From: Lama guanicoe
Lineage: Eukaryota
Direction: 5' to 3'
NCBI GenBank assembly: GCA_013239625.1
Contig: MU053881.1
Span: 13,940,373-14,004,372 of the forward strand
DNA length: 64,000 nucleotides
The position numbers and the translations under genes were made by a program. The first letter of the stretch is position 1, and the number at the start of each line of letters is the position of its first letter. The notes beneath the pieces were generated by a model that saw only the letters and a list, made by a program, of their open reading frames with translations, was not told the origin of the DNA and did no database searches. This document shows positions 39,338-53,503 of the stretch, piece by piece.

Positions 39338-40053
39338 TTTTTTTTTTTTTTTTTGAATTGAAGTACAGTTGATTTGCAATGTTGTGTTAGTTTCTATTTG
39401 TGTTAGAATCACTGTGTAAGGCATAGTGATTCAATTATACACTTTTTTTCATATTCTTTTTCATTATAGGTTATTATGAGATATTGGGTGCAGTTCCTTG
39501 TGCTATACAGTAGGACCTTGTTGTTTATCTCTTTTATACCTAGTAGTTAGTATCTGCAGATCTCAAACTCCTAATTTATGTCTCCCACCCTTTCCCCTTT
39601 GGTAACCATAAATTTGTTTTCTATGCCTGTGAGTCTATTTCTGGTTTGTAAATAAGTTCATTTGTATTTTTTTTTTTAGATTCCACATGTAAATGATATA
39701 ATATGGTATTTGTCTTTCTCTGTCTGACTTTCTTAGTATGATCATTTCTATGTCCATCCATATTGCTACAAATGGCATTTCATTTTTTATGGCTGAGTAG
39801 TGTTCCATTATATATATACACCACAACTTCTGCATGCAGTCATCTGTCAATGGGCATTTAGGTTGCTTCTATGCCTTGGCTATTGTAAATAGTGCTGCTA
39901 TGAACATTGGGGTGCATGTATCTTTTTGAATTAGAGTTTTCTCAGGATATATGCCCAGGAGCAGAATTGCCGGATCATATGATAACACTACTTTTATAAG
40001 GAATCTCCATACTGTCTTCAAAACTGGCTGCACCAGATTACATTTCCATCAAT
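39338..40053 (-). mobile_element. Young L1 3' end with poly(A)
   Basis: T tract then L1 3' UTR/ORF2 tail ('EMPFVAIWMDIEMIIL'). Confidence 0.9.
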
Positions 40054-40206
40054 AGCAGACGCTGTATTTTTAATCAAATGAATGAATGAATCCTAGCTGC
40101 AGGGGATACACTGAAAAACAGACGTAGGTCTTGCCTTGATCTGATTCACAACCAAGTTAGAAAACATAAGGACCTTTCAGTTATATTATTAAAAACCTCT
40201 CTATTC

Positions 40207-40400
40207 CTTTTTTTTTTTTGAATTGAAGTACAGTCAGTTACAGTGCGTCCATTTCTCATGTACAGCACAATGTCCCAGTCATGCATATACATACATATAT
40301 TTGTTTTCATATTCTTTTTCAAAGTTATTACAAGATATTGAGTATAGTTCCCTGTGCTATACAGAAGAAATTTGTTGTTTTTTTTTTAATCTATATATGA
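40207..40400 (-). mobile_element. Young L1 3' end with TSD
   Basis: Flanked by aaaacctctctattcc / aaaccccctctatttc. Confidence 0.85.
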
Positions 40401-43400
40401 AACCCCCTCTATTTCTGTTCAGACTATCCATTTTCTTCCTCAGGGCAAAAATTGGGTTCTATAAGGTCAATAGGTATGGAAGTGCTGAGCCCAGAAGAGA
40501 AAGGGAAGAGTTAGTTGGGGGTGTGGGACATGGGGAAAGTCTCTGGTAGAAAGTGGTACATCAAAGTGCATAATGTTGCCAAAGCATTCCCAGGGTGGAG
40601 CCCCTCTGTTTATCTGTGGTCACTCCTAGGAAGAAAGCTCCCAGTCTGAGCAGAGAAAGGAGTTTTGTTTCAGACATGTCTTGATTGGCATCTCTGCTAC
40701 TTTCCTAAAATCCTGGAACAACCGCATGACATCGCTCTTTGGAGAGAGGAGATGACACTCACCAGTTAGAACCAAGGTTCAAAGGAAACAAAGAAAACTA
40801 AATCCCTCTGCTCTGAAAGGATTGATACCTTTTAAAGAGCATTCCTGTACTTCCGTATGTGGCACAAGTAATACATGTTCATCATGAATATTTAAGAAAA
40901 TGCAGATAAGCAAAAAGAAAGCATGTATGATTCACCATTGCATGATGCAGATGACGATGGATACATTTTGGTGTGTATGCTTCTAATTTACTATATACAC
41001 ATGCCCGGACCATAGAGGACCTAATGATTGAACGTGTTTCTTATGCTTTACAGTATGTGATGGTCGTTTAATATACTCTGCCACCTTATTTTTTAGAAAC
41101 AGAATACTTCATCTAATGGAGACATCACATGCAGTAATAGCTGTGTAAAGAGAAAAGGGAAATTTGGGGAGATCATGAAGGGGATTGAGTCTGGAAGTTA
41201 AGAGCTCAGACACTGGAGGTGTCCCAGGTTCAAATCCTGGTTCTGCATTTGCAGGAGCTAGGACATCCATGAGCCCCTGAACCTGTCACAGTGTCGTTTT
41301 GCTCATCTGTGAAATAGGAATAGTGATGGCAAACTGTTCCCAGTGATGGTTTTAAGGATAAAATAAAAAAAACGGAAGTAAGGAAGTTGGCCATACAGTG
41401 TTCCACAAAGGTGAATTTATTTTCGTATTTTAAAAGAGACTAGAACAAGAAAAGAAAGGAAAAGTTAGTGGAGGAAAAAAAGGAAAGAAAAGGAAAATAT
41501 GCAGGGTGAAGAGATACCTTGTCTGTGAACTGGAGGCTGCAAGATGGGGGTGCGTCTCGGGAGAGGGGAAGTCCGTGGCTGTGTGGGAAATGGTGCATTT
41601 TCTGCAGGAGCTGCTGGTCTGTATTTAAGCTCCTCACTGCTTTAGGCAAAAACAGCTGAATTACCTCACAACCTGCATCTGGCCTGGGCTGGAAAGCTTC
41701 CCTCTGGGAGTGCTGGTGTCCTGGGGGGGTCTTGGCCTCTCCGCCCTCAGAAAGGGGCACCCCCTTGAGGATGGAGATGAGGTGCCGAGGGCAACAGTGG
41801 TCCCCACACTGTTCTTTCTCTCCCACGTCTGCAGTGAGGACCTCACCAGTGCCCCGAGGCAGAATTCCCAGAACAAGAGGCAGGTGTTGACTCCACCTTC
41901 AGAAACTTCGATTCTGACCTCACCAGCCAGAGAAAAGTCACGCCTGCCCTTTTGTCGTGGTGGTGACTGGTGTCTCCCCTCTAATTTTACTGCTCTGAAA
42001 AGTTTTATTGAGGTGTAATTGCCCTACAATAAACCACACACATTTAAACCGCACGATGTAGGTCGTGATGTATGTATACACTTGTGAAACCATCACCACA
42101 GACGATGTAATGAGCATATTTGTCACCCCCACCAGCCTTCCCGTGCCCCTACCTAGCCCCTCCCACCAACCCTTTATACATAAATACATTCTTATTCCCC
42201 ATCTTCTCATTTTCAATAATTAGACAATTTGATGTTATATCCTTGTGGTTCCTATTTCTTGGGAGTGGGTACTCACAATATTCTCAGTATTCCTTTAAAA
42301 ACTGTGAACCCCCCCCCCCACACACACCATGTCTAAGCTGCTTCTGCAAAGGCAGCTGCATCACTCTGTATATGTTAATGCAAATGGGAAAGCTTTTATA
42401 CTGATTCTTACTATCATTTTCAATTTCTCTGGGGAATTGGAAGTAAGGCTCACAGGGGATGCTTTTGGCTCTGAGATGGGAGAGAAACTGTGGCTTCATT
42501 TATTTAACAAACAGGAGCCTTTCTCTATCTGGATGCTTTGTGTGTGAACAAGGAGGGCAGAAGAGACCAGGTTGCTTGCCTTCTGATGCTCACAGCTCAA
42601 AAAGGGGGACCGACCCCCCTCCAGGTAACCAGACATTTGTGAAGGAAAACAAAGCATGCAGTGACAAAAAACTGGGGCTCTGTTTTCCTTTCCAATGGAA
42701 AGCATAAGGCATGGCCTGTCTGAATGAAAGCAGTTAACTAAGTTGATAGCCATTTCTTTCTTACCCCAAAGCTTGGGGAGGCCCTGGAGATGAGGTCAGA
42801 AGCTGGGTCATCAGCAAGCGCTAAGGACCTGGGGCAGGAAAAAATTAGGGCCTCGTGGGAACAGCACCCCTGCAGGGCTGGAACACAAAAGAAATGGAGA
42901 AAGGCTGGAGAATACAGCTGAGGGTTGGCAGGGGCCAGATCAGAGTCCACTAAGGCCTGGGAAGAAGTTTAGATTTTATTCTAAATGCAAGGAGAAGCCA
43001 TAGGGAGGTCTGAATCAGAGAAGTGCCACATATGATTCTTCAAAGATTGCTTCTCACAAAAGACACAAAAATGAAGAAAATGCTAACTTTCTGGTTGAAA
43101 CAAACAATTAGAATCATAAGAATAGTGATAATTACTTTAAATAATTATAATGATGACATGCTGTCTATACTGTGGCACCTCAGCTTGGAGAAAAGCAAGA
43201 TGAGCTTAAAGATGCAGCCTGGGTCAGACTGGGCAGAGCCCTGTTGGCCACACTCTGGATTTTGATTCTAGTCCTCAGAAGAGTAAAAATCACCCCCTCT
43301 CCTGCCAAACTCACACCCTGTGTCTCTCCATGCCCTGCCCTGCATTTCCTGTCCTCATAGCTCTTACCACTCCTGACATATCTTTGTTTGCTGTCTGTCT

Positions 43401-44035
43401 TCCTTCCCCTCTCTATGGAAAGTGTAAGGATAGGGGCTGCCTGGTCACTAATGGGTCCCCAGTACACAGCTTGTGCTAGGTGCTCAAAGGCTCGTTCAAT
43501 CCATTCATAGCTTTTCATTTTGAAAATACTGCTCACACTGCATTGTGGAGAGTGGATTGACTTGGGGTGGGAGGAGAGGCGAGGCAGCCGCTGCTCAATT
43601 CCATAGCAGAAGGAAGCATTGGACTTGGGGTACCTCTCCCGAGAACCCCTGTGAATGTGCACTGCCTGTGGGTGAGCAGCAACTGATTCTTCTGCAAAAA
43701 GCAGGTCATACCTTGAAGAGGAAGACCCTCTTATCAACTGACCATTCTGGTCCCTTGATTCTCATGGCCCTTGCAGGCGGTTAAGTGGTCAGAGGTCAAA
43801 AGGTAGCTGAGTGTCTGTTCAACAAGGAACATTGGGAAGCTGGAGTGGGCTGGCAAGTTCGTGCACTTGCTAAGAGAGCACTGGGCTGGGTGTCCAGAGA
43901 CGAGGATTCTGCCCCAGCCCTTTCACCACAAGACCTTAAGGTTTCTGCATCTCTCTGGTTCTCCATCATATTAAGGAAGTCAGTGATGAACTTGATCTAG
44001 GTAAGTTAATCCTACCGTATTTTTTTCCCCCACAG

Positions 44036-44200
44036 CAGATCTTGTCAACTATTGGTTGATAATAGCAACTCAGATTTATTGTGGCAAAAGGTTACTGTGT
44101 TCGGAGTCTTGTAACAGACCATTCCATACAACCAACTCAGCAACACCTTTAATAGGATTCCTATTTCACTATTTCCAGGAACACCTCCATCTCAAAAATA
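44036..44200 (+). pseudogene. Candidate decayed exon, 165 nt (one open frame: DLVNYWLIIATQIYCGKRLL...)
   Basis: 'tttttttcccccacag' acceptor, A|gtatgt donor; reading frame ambiguous. Confidence 0.3.
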
Positions 44201-45009
44201 GTATGTACATTTACATAAAATACGCTGTTTATTCAAGCTAATGATAATGTCCTGTTCTTATGAATTTTCAGACCCCTGACCCCCATTCCATGGCTTCATG
44301 AATTAGCTGCTAGAATGAAATAGAAAAGATCATAATCCTAGGAACAAAGGAAAACAAAGCTGATTGTGGAAGGAAAAAGAGAGTGGTTTCCCAGCCAGCA
44401 CTGAGATGAGGCTGTGTGCTGCCACCTCCTCCCCTCTGCGTCCTGATTCTAGACACATGACTCCACCTAAGAGCCTGGCCTCCTGGGAGAAAGGTCCCCC
44501 CCCGATTTAAGAAGCAGTCGCCTTATTCCCTGGCTAGATGAAAGATTCTCTCCAGCATGCAGACCCGGGGCTGATTGATTCCTAGAGTGGCTTACAAAAT
44601 GAGGAAAGTTCAAAGGGGCTGCCTGGGTGTTGAGAGAATTCTTTTGGCTTCTTAATGAAGTTTATCAGAGGCAAAACTTCGGGATCTTTGAAGCAGAAAG
44701 GCTCAGGTCTGGAAATTGGTATTGCCCTCTCCCTTGGCCTCTGCTGCGTTTGTTTTTCTAACCAATTCTTTTGTCAGAGGCACTGATTTTCTGTTCCCCA
44801 AGCTCGTTAATTTCTCAGCATTAGTACATTCCCCTTACCCTCTAATTAGGCACCACTTCTTAGATATTTAAGGTAGTGAACGCCTCCGGGCAAAGATCGC
44901 CCCTTCGTGGTCACAGAGGCCAGGCCACCCCTGTGATCTGTGCTCCCACTGTCTGCGTGGGCAGTGAGGGAGCCACTTCCCAGGGGAGGCTCCTTCACCC
45001 ATAGCCTTT

Positions 45010-45560
45010 TATTCAACACATTTAATAAACATTTGAGCGACTACCACATTCCAGGTGCTATTCTAGATGCCTGGAATTTTTCCGGAAAAAAAAGACAGAC
45101 ATCTCTATCTCCCAGGATAAATAAATTGTATCATAGGTTAGCAGTTAATAGCCCAGCAAGAGAAAGCAAAGAGTGGAGTAACGGAGGCTGAGAGTGTTTG
45201 AGGGTGTCCAGGGGTGGGGTTATTTGTAAGCAGGGTGTTGAGGAGTTGATACTTAATAGGGACCTGTGTCAGGAAAAAGCCAGCCATGGAGATGCCTGGG
45301 AGAAGAGCCATCGAGGCTTCCAGGGCTGGGAGCGAAAGACCCTAAGGAGGACGCGTGGCTGGTACACCCAAAGAGTAGTTAGGAAGTCGGTGTGGCTGAA
45401 GTTTGAGGAGCAAAAGGGATCACAGTGAGGTTGAGTTCAGACAAGTAATGGGGGCAGATGGTGTGAGACCTTGGGGGCCTCTGTAAGGACCTGGGCTCTT
45501 ATTCAGAGTGAAAGGGGGCCAATGCTTTGATCAGAGGAGTGAGGACCTCTCACTTGTGCC
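45010..45560 (-). mobile_element. L2 fragment
   Basis: 'attcaacacatttaataaacatttgagcgactacc...gtaaggacctgggctcttattc'. Confidence 0.7.
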
Positions 45561-46947
45561 TTGTTCAGTGCGTGCTTGTATTTCCATTCACCGAACAGTT
45601 TTAACACTGTTGGAAAATCTGTGCTTGAATCAATTGCATTAGAGCTTTGCAAATGCTTTTCCTAATTGTCACTCATTCTGTGCTTAGCAGCTGACGTGCC
45701 TCTGTGAAGTGGAGCTTTCTCCCATCAATTCTAGGTATTTGATTGCGCAAGAACACATTTCCTGCTGAAGAGTAAAAATAAATGCTTAGGTCATTCCCTT
45801 TAATGGCATATGTTCAAGGGAAGCTTTTTTTTTTTTTAAGTAGCCCCTCAAATAGACAAATGAGCCTTGTGCTTCAGAAGAACTCTCCCACTCTTTCCCT
45901 CTTATATCATCCTTTCTTATTGCTGACGATAAAATTCCAGCGGGAGCCATTGCTTGAGCTAGCTGCAGTCTTTTGAAGTCTTCTTTAAATGGTGCACCCA
46001 TGATATCTGGAAGGAAAGATGAACCCTGGAGGAGCGGGCGTTAATAACTCTTGGCTAGATTTGTTGGTCAGATGAGCTAACTGTTGTACCCAGGTCCTAA
46101 AGGGCAGCTGAGATTGTGCTACTTCCCCACTCCGTGACCTTCAGTATTTAGTTAAATCTAAATGACTGCAGTGAAATCTGTGCCCAGGTGATCTTTAACT
46201 CCTTGATTCATTCATTCATTTTCTCTCTCTCTCACACACATACACCCCTACATTCTGAACGTTATTATAGCACCTCTAAAGTACTCGGTGCCCCCAAAAC
46301 ACACTCTTTCCTGTCCCATCTCCAGATTTTGTCTGGCTATAGTTTTCCTTTGGCGCATCCTCCTCCAGCATGCTCTGTTGAATTTCATCCTTCAAAGCCT
46401 TCATCAAATGCTCCTTCCTTGGTCTCCACCCTAAGTAGCCCCAAATCTCATTCCTCTTTCTCCGTGCACCCACATCCCTTTGCCGTACCCACCCCCTGTC
46501 ACTTTCTCTCATGATCTCTGTTGTATAAAAGGTACTTGTGTTCATGGCTGTATCAGCCATGAGTTTACAAATGTCCTCAGAAGTGGGGCTGTTGTACTGA
46601 TTCTTAAATTTCTCTCTGCTCCATGGCTAAAAGTTGTCTCGTTCATGGTAAACACTCCAACATTCATGGAGAAGAATTTATGTAGCAACTGTAACAATTT
46701 TCAAATGTCTGCTTGCATTCCCGCATTTAACTAATACATACTGAGCACCCTCTGGTGTCTCAAGTAACGGGCATCATGGAGAGTACAAGCGTGAACCAGG
46801 AGGAGGAGCCTGCCTTCTGGGAGAGTCCCATTTGGAGGGCAAGGGAGGGTATGTGCAAATTACCATATTACAAAGTAAGACATGCTCCAAGCTGGAGAGT
46901 CCAGAAGAGTAGGTGAAATTCACGCGAGCTTCTCTTTGTTCTGCCAG

Positions 46948-47084
46948 ATACTTTCTTCAACAGCCTATGAATCATCCCATCAGCGGGGATGAAAACAACT
47001 TCCACAAAGCCACTGGGGATCTTCTCTGGTCCCCCAGGAGAGCTTTCAGTGTCAGGCTGATGCCCTTCCGAGAACAAAGACATG
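46948..47084 (+). pseudogene. Candidate decayed exon (YFLQQPMNHPISGDENNFHKATGDLLWSPRRAFSVRLMPFREQRH)
   Basis: Pyrimidine tract plus cag; open frame; non-canonical G|gcatgt donor. Confidence 0.3.
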
Positions 47085-47913
47085 GCATGTTTTTTCTCTC
47101 GTTCATTCAGGCTGGATCCCTGCCCAAAGGGGATTTTTATAACTTCCCTTGCCACCACCACCCAGGACTTCTATTTTCATGATTCCTCTAAATTGGGAAT
47201 CAATACAATGGATCCAAAGTTTAGCCAAGGTGACAGTAAGCTCCACCTCCCCCTGACTTGTTCACGGAGTTGGGTGAGGGAGGAGGGGAGCGATCAGGCA
47301 GCCCTGCAGACGCATCTGGAGAGAAGACAGACACACTCTAAGGAGTGTTTTCTCTAATTTCCTGCCTATTCAGACTCCACGGTCCCCATCTGGGCCGTGC
47401 AGGGTGCTACCTTCCTTGTTAGGATCACCATGCGCTCCTCACATCCACCCTCCTGATTAAAACAGGGAGAGCTGAGAACAATCAGGGCTTTGCAATTCTC
47501 CTTCCCAGCTCATCTCTTTTCTCTGTTTACTTATTCATTCAGTTACATATTCATTTATTCAACAAATACTGATTAATGACCTCCCTTTTTATACACTCTG
47601 CCTATTCCCAAAAGGATCAGGGGTGGCTGGTGGGATGCAACATAATGCAAAACAGGGATGTCAGGGATAAAAACAGAAAGGAAGGGGGAGGCCTTGCCAC
47701 CAGCTCCAGTGGTAGTTGGAATTCGGCCCTGGCTCTTTTCCAGCAAGAGAGATTTGTCAGATTTCTGGGATTTTGCTTTCTGCCCAACCGAAACTTGCAC
47801 ATTTGTGTCCAGAGAATAACATTCTCCTGCAACTAAATACATTTCTTGAGCGTCCAGTGGAATGCTTTGTTCTTATATGCAAATGCCTTCAGTATAAATG
47901 AAAGAATTTATTC

Positions 47914-48386
47914 ACTGGTTCCCAAATTTTAGTCACTTGCATGCCACCTTTCAAATGTTTGCTTAACAACGTGACTGTTGTTTATTTTGTAGTTTTTTTT
48001 AAATAATTAATTTTTAAATTTATTTTTAAAATACTTGTCCCTTTGATCAATGGAATATTTATATCAATCACCATAACTAGAAATTCATGATAAAATAAAT
48101 ATAATTAAAAAGTGTCAAGTAAACAGAGGCACCTACCTAAAACTCTGAGCTGTGGTATCTTCCTTTGTGTTACAAAGGAGATTTAGTTGTATTAATAGTT
48201 AACATCATCATACAAGCACCAAATTGAGAGAGCCAGTTCTTTTGATTATTTAATACAAAAGTGAAACTAAAAAATAAATCTCACTATGAATATCAACACT
48301 GTGTTTCTACTTTAAAGTAGCATCCTGCGTTATTTCACATTGCCCAAAGCCCCTTTACATATCATCCCCCATTTGGGGGAACACTG
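47914..48386 (+). mobile_element. Charlie4a-like hAT element, near full length
   Basis: TIRs 'cactggttcccaaa' / 'ttgggggaacactg'; internal motifs fit recalled Charlie4a. Confidence 0.7.
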
Positions 48387-49038
48387 GTCAAAGCCCTTTT
48401 ACACACCTCACATTTGGGGGAACTTCGGTCAATTAACGAAAGCTGTAATTTGTGGGATAGAGGTTCTTTGCCCCCTGGAAGATAAAAAAGCTCTTTGCTC
48501 ATATGCACATTGCGTTGATTTCAACAAGTATGACATCAAGCCACCCACACTTACACACCAAGAATTATTGCAGTATGATTGGCCCCAGCACAGAGCATGC
48601 ATGCCTCTGTGAGGAGTTCATAATCCTGATGAGATTTTGGAAGACTTGCTTGGGTCCAGCAGCAGCTTAACAATACAAGGTTTCATATAAATAGTATGCT
48701 AGACAGAAAAATGGACTATTAGTAAACTTGTAGAGTCTTAAAAATTCAAGAATGTTTCCATTCACTGATTAGATGTCCTCGTATCAAGGTGCTTGGATGG
48801 GATCCTAACTTCTTCTCATACTCTGATGCACTCATATGCCTTCATTCCTATCTGCGATGTGTATCGATAAATAGAAGTGGCTATTTGGTAGGTAAGGAGA
48901 CTGCACGAGGCACCGGTGACATTCAACCTGCATACCAGCAATGACACCTGATGTTCATGGGCGTCCGGTTTGGTTGTCTGCTCGACAGGTTGGCTGGTCT
49001 GCTCTCCCATTTCAGAACCACCACTTTCTCCTCTGCCT

Positions 49039-49484
49039 TGCCACAGGTTTAACTGTGGCTTCCCCGAAGTTCATATGTGAAGTCCTCACCCCCAGTGCCT
49101 CAGACGGTGACCTCATTTGGAGATAGAGTTGTGCAGATGTAATTAAGTTATGATGAGGCCACCCTGAAATAGGTGGGGTCCTGATCCAATAAGACCAGTG
49201 TCTTTATGCAAAGGAGAAATGCGTGTGTAGAAGACGTGCAGAAGGAGAACACCGTGCGAACGTGACAGCAGGGATCAAAATGATGGGTGTACAGGCCAAG
49301 GAACGTCAAAGATGGCCAATGTGACACCAGAGGCTAGGAGAGGGGCACGGACCCCAGATTCCTGTCTCACAGCCAATACCGTGATCTGGGACTTCTCGCT
49401 TCCAGAACTGTGAGACCGTAAATTTCCGTTGTTTAAGCTCCCAGCTTGTGTTACTTTGTTACAGCAGCCAAGCAAACTAATACA
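49039..49484 (+). mobile_element. MLT1B/C solo LTR
   Basis: 'gcagatgtaattaagtta...cttccagaactgtgagac...caaactaataca'. Confidence 0.9.
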
Positions 49485-49559
49485 TCTCTCTGTACCAATC
49501 CCGCCGCGGGAGAGAAGGGTTGGAAACTTAGCACCACTCTACTTTCCAAAAACTGCTAT

Positions 49560-49720
49560 CATATTCAATATCTTGTAGTAACCTATGGTGAAAAGAATAT
49601 GAAAAAATAAGAATATGTTGTTATATAACTGAAGCCTTAATGCTGTACACCAGAAATTGATACAATGTTGTAAATTGACTATACTTCAATAAAAATATGT
49701 ATTAAAAAAACCAAAAAAAT
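49560..49720 (+). mobile_element. Young L1 3' end with perfect 12-bp TSD AAAAACTGCTAT
   Basis: TSD at 49548-49559 and 49721-49732. Confidence 0.9.
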
Positions 49721-50234
49721 AAAAACTGCTATTCCTTGCTAGAGTAACAACCACATCGCTACCATTCAATATACCACATATGCAAACGTACACTTGGCTC
49801 AGAAGTCTTCTGGCAATTTCACGAAAAATGTGATGTTTTTGCCATTGATTTAGGCGTAGTGATTTAGCTGATGGTTCCTGAAAATTTTACCTAATTTCAA
49901 GGATAAGTAAAAGGTTTATCTGCCTCATAATATGCTGAGATTTTCTGAGAGAGCATCAAGGGAGAAATAGCACTAATTAATTACTTAAATGACGTTTATT
50001 TTACTGCTAGACCATATAAACACTGATCTAACATGGAAAAGTAGCCATAGCTACTCTAACTTTTAATATGCATAATGTAAAGGGTCAGGGGGCTTTTGTT
50101 AATATTTTTAAAATCCTTTAACATATATGGTCTCTGTTTGTTTTTATGTATACTTGTTTTGATAATTTGAAAAGTTTATACTTATATTTTATAATTATTT
50201 TAAGTGTAACATTATTAGTAAGTATTAATTCTGT

Positions 50235-50367
50235 GGGGTTTTGGGGGAAAGTAATTGGGTTTATTTATTTTTATTTATTTATTTTTTTAACATACATCCT
50301 AGGGATTGAACCCAGGACCTCATGCATGCTAGGCACGTGCTCTACCACTGAGCTATACCCTCCCCCC
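50235..50367 (-). mobile_element. Vic-1-like SINE with TSD AATTCTGT
   Basis: Reverse complement of 'ggggagggtatagctcagtggtagagcac...ggttcaatccc'; TSD 50227-50234 / 50368-50375. Confidence 0.9.
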
Positions 50368-50399
50368 AATTCTGTAATCCTTTACGTAGTGTCTATCAC

Positions 50400-51650
50400 C
50401 TTTCTGTCATAAAGAATGATAAAATTAGTGTATTTTCTCTTTTTTATTCTTCCACCTAATTTCAATTTCTAGTATTATCTTTGCTAGTTTGCTTCATTGT
50501 GCTCTGTTACCCCTCTGGTGCTCAGTTCATCATTCTCAACTATAAAATTTGAGAGAATCACTGAATTTATATCACATGTCCCCATGTATCCCTCTTCTCC
50601 TCCAACTTTGGTCAAGGTTAATAAAACGTATGTTCTGCTGTGAAACCATTTTCCCTGTGTGACATTGAGCCTCAGTCCTGTAGTTAGATATGTTCAGTCC
50701 TCACTGTGAGTCTTTTTGATGTAATTTTTAGAATCATATATGGCTGGGCTGGAGTTTTCCCTCTAGTAGACTTTTCAGTAAAGACTCTTTTGGAAACAAT
50801 ACTCCCTACATTCTTGCATGCTCAACATTGTTGGGCTGAGCATAATATTCTCAAGCCATGTTTTCTGTCCCTGAGGATTTAATAGGCAATGCTGTCTGCC
50901 TGTCAGCCTTGATTGAAGCTCTCTTTCCAGCTTACCCAGGACTGGAGTTGTTTCTCCTTTGGTGCTCAATGGATTCTCCCTTTATCTTTGACATCCAGTA
51001 ACTTTACCAGGGTATATCATAATGTTGCCCACTCTGGATGACTTCTTTTGTGGAATACAGGGTGTTCTTTAAAACTTCATATTCAGGTCTTTCTCTACAT
51101 CTGAGAAATTTTCTTTAAGTAATTCTTAACATTTGCTTTAGTTGCCTACTTCCCTTTTTTTTGGTCAAGGGCTCCAATTATACACATGTTGGCTAACCCA
51201 TCTGTCTTTGATACCAGTGATTCCTCTCACTAATCCTTTTGAACTTGCTTTCCCCACTCCAGTATTCTGTGGTTTTCTGCATGTACAGCAGTTTTTGTTC
51301 CCCCTTGTGTTGCTTCCCAGTTCAGATTCATTTTTGTGTTGGCTTCAGTTTTCTCTTCCATTTATTTTCCTTAGACCAACCAGCTCTCTTACTTCTTTTC
51401 CTTCTATATTCTGACACTTCTCTAGGCCCTAGAGTTGTGATCTGATCTCTGGATTTTAGTGCTGATTGCTTCATGAGGTAGTTTTGTTGTGTGGTTCTCA
51501 CACTGGAAAGTTGGCACAATTTTATCTTCTGCCTGGCGGTATTTTTGTTGATTTTGTTGACACAGTCTCTGTCTATAAAAGTGACAACTTTTATGCTGTT
51601 TTCTTTGTGATTACTCATTTTTGAATAAGATTCCTTGTGTCTGTGCCAGT
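50400..51650 (-). mobile_element. Ancient degraded L1M/HAL1-like sequence
   Basis: T-rich, with old L1 antisense motifs. Confidence 0.4.
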
Positions 51651-53060
51651 TATTTGCAGGAGGTTTTTATGGAGGAGGTGCTAGGAAGAATTTTAAATAG
51701 AAGGTTTTGTGAGTAGTATTGTTCAGAATTTTTTTCCAACTGAAAAAAAAATAGGCAATTATAGGACTATTTTACTGTCCCACAGACACTCTTTCCTTGA
51801 AATTAGGCATTTGTGTGCTTTTTTTTAAAGTGAAGTCCTACTGTTTCAGCTTATCTTAACCAAACTGGGAGTGAGGGTGAGATGATAAATGATAATAGCC
51901 TAGGAGGTTAATTAGATTGTCCTAGGCTCATATTGGTAGGGGAAAATGAGAGCTATTGGTTATGATATTTGAGTTTACAGTTGGGTTGAGTAGAGTTCAG
52001 CAATAACAATAACTGTCATTGAGTATTTATTCTGCCAGATCTGTGTATACACACACATGAGATACAGATATATGTAGAGTGAGAAAATTTATACCCATCC
52101 TGTAAAATAGGTTTATTTTGCTTGTTTGTAAGAAGAAACCAAGGCTAAGAGATTAAGTAGTTTTACATGGTCATACAACCAGGAAAACATGGCAGTAGTG
52201 ATATTAGAACCAGGTCTGTGTGAGTGAATTTCAATGCAGATTGATAGCCTCGCTCCCTCCCTAGTGGTTGGTACATGTTTAACCCTTACAGAAATCACTT
52301 GGCTTCCCTGTTTAATTAGTGCAGTGGCATAACTGTAGATGGGGTTGGTACTAACATGTCCCTGGCTTCATCCACTCCTGAGGGCCCCAATCTTGATTCT
52401 CTTCATCTGCCTAAGTACAGTGGGATGAACTCCAGGATTCTCACCGAGTATTCCTGAGAACTCTAAGCCATGGCTAATGTGTAATCCCAGTAAATCCTGG
52501 TCCTCACCAATTTGTAAGTCTTAGAAAAAGTCACTCACCTTCCCAAAGCTTAGGGTAGGATCATGGAGTTGATTTGTCAAGGGGAGAAACTTTTCTTTAT
52601 AAATTTATGATAATCCAACCTTTCACTTCCAGATGAGAGAGGTATAGTTAATGCCTTTTTTTTTAGAATAATTACAGCAAAAAATTTAAGATGGTGTGTT
52701 TTCATATTGCAATATAAATTTGTTCCTCATCATATGCTCATATGCCTTTGAATGAGGTTGTTGGAAAAGATGCATGGCCTTGATGGGGTTTGTGTGGTTT
52801 TTGTCTTTGTCTTACGAAAATCATAAAGTTCATAGCTATGTACAGAAAGGGAAATGAAGTAAATACTCATTGTGAACCCTGTGATGATGTTGACTTATAA
52901 ATTTAAATGTGAGAAAAAGTAAATGGGGTCAAATGAAATGTAGTTTCCCCTGAGAAAATAACCAAGATGTTCAAAGTTGATTGGGAAGCCAGAAGAATTG
53001 AGGCAAAAAGTCAAACAGGCACTGACTTTTTGTGTAAAATTCATAACTCTTCCACCCCAG

Positions 53061-53245
53061 ATGTGGCAATGGTCCAGCACCTTCTCTTGATGATGGAAGG
53101 TGGTGGTTGTTTTTGTACAGAAGCTTCAGAGGATGGCCAGGCATGTCTGTGCAAACCAGGCTCAAGGCCCCTCCAGTCTGTGATGCCCAGGACTTGGTCA
53201 GCTTTGACAGTTCTCAGGGATATCACCCCTTAGCTCTGGTAAATG
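53061..53245 (+). pseudogene. Candidate decayed exon (...CDAQDLVSFDSSQGYHPLALVN)
   Basis: 'ctcttccaccccag' acceptor, G|gtatgt donor, one frame open throughout, phase 1 out. Confidence 0.45.
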
Positions 53246-53503
53246 GTATGTGTGCAGTGAAATGAGAAGTCCAGGCCATCAGGTGCACTTGAGAACCTCT
53301 AATATGAGGAGTAAAATAACCATATACCTTGAGTTCTAAGATGCCATCAATTATGCACTGCTTTATAAATTAAGTAATAGCATTTGGAGATTAAAATATT
53401 TCACTAAAGGTATCTCACATAGCAAGGGTACAACGCACCACAATTTCATTTTAAAATGTGAAAAAGAAATTTTTTTAAATCTAACTTATTTTTTAATTTA
53501 CAG

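Noticed and set aside
43990..44035. AG|gtaagt donor at 44001 pairing with acceptor at 44035
   Set aside because: A 35-nt intron is too short for mammalian splicing
38408..44100. RGS/RGSL1-like motifs (FLEFL...NI*FW; DLVNYWL)
   Set aside because: Spacing does not fit the RGS domain and the other fragments do not match RGSL1 as I recall it
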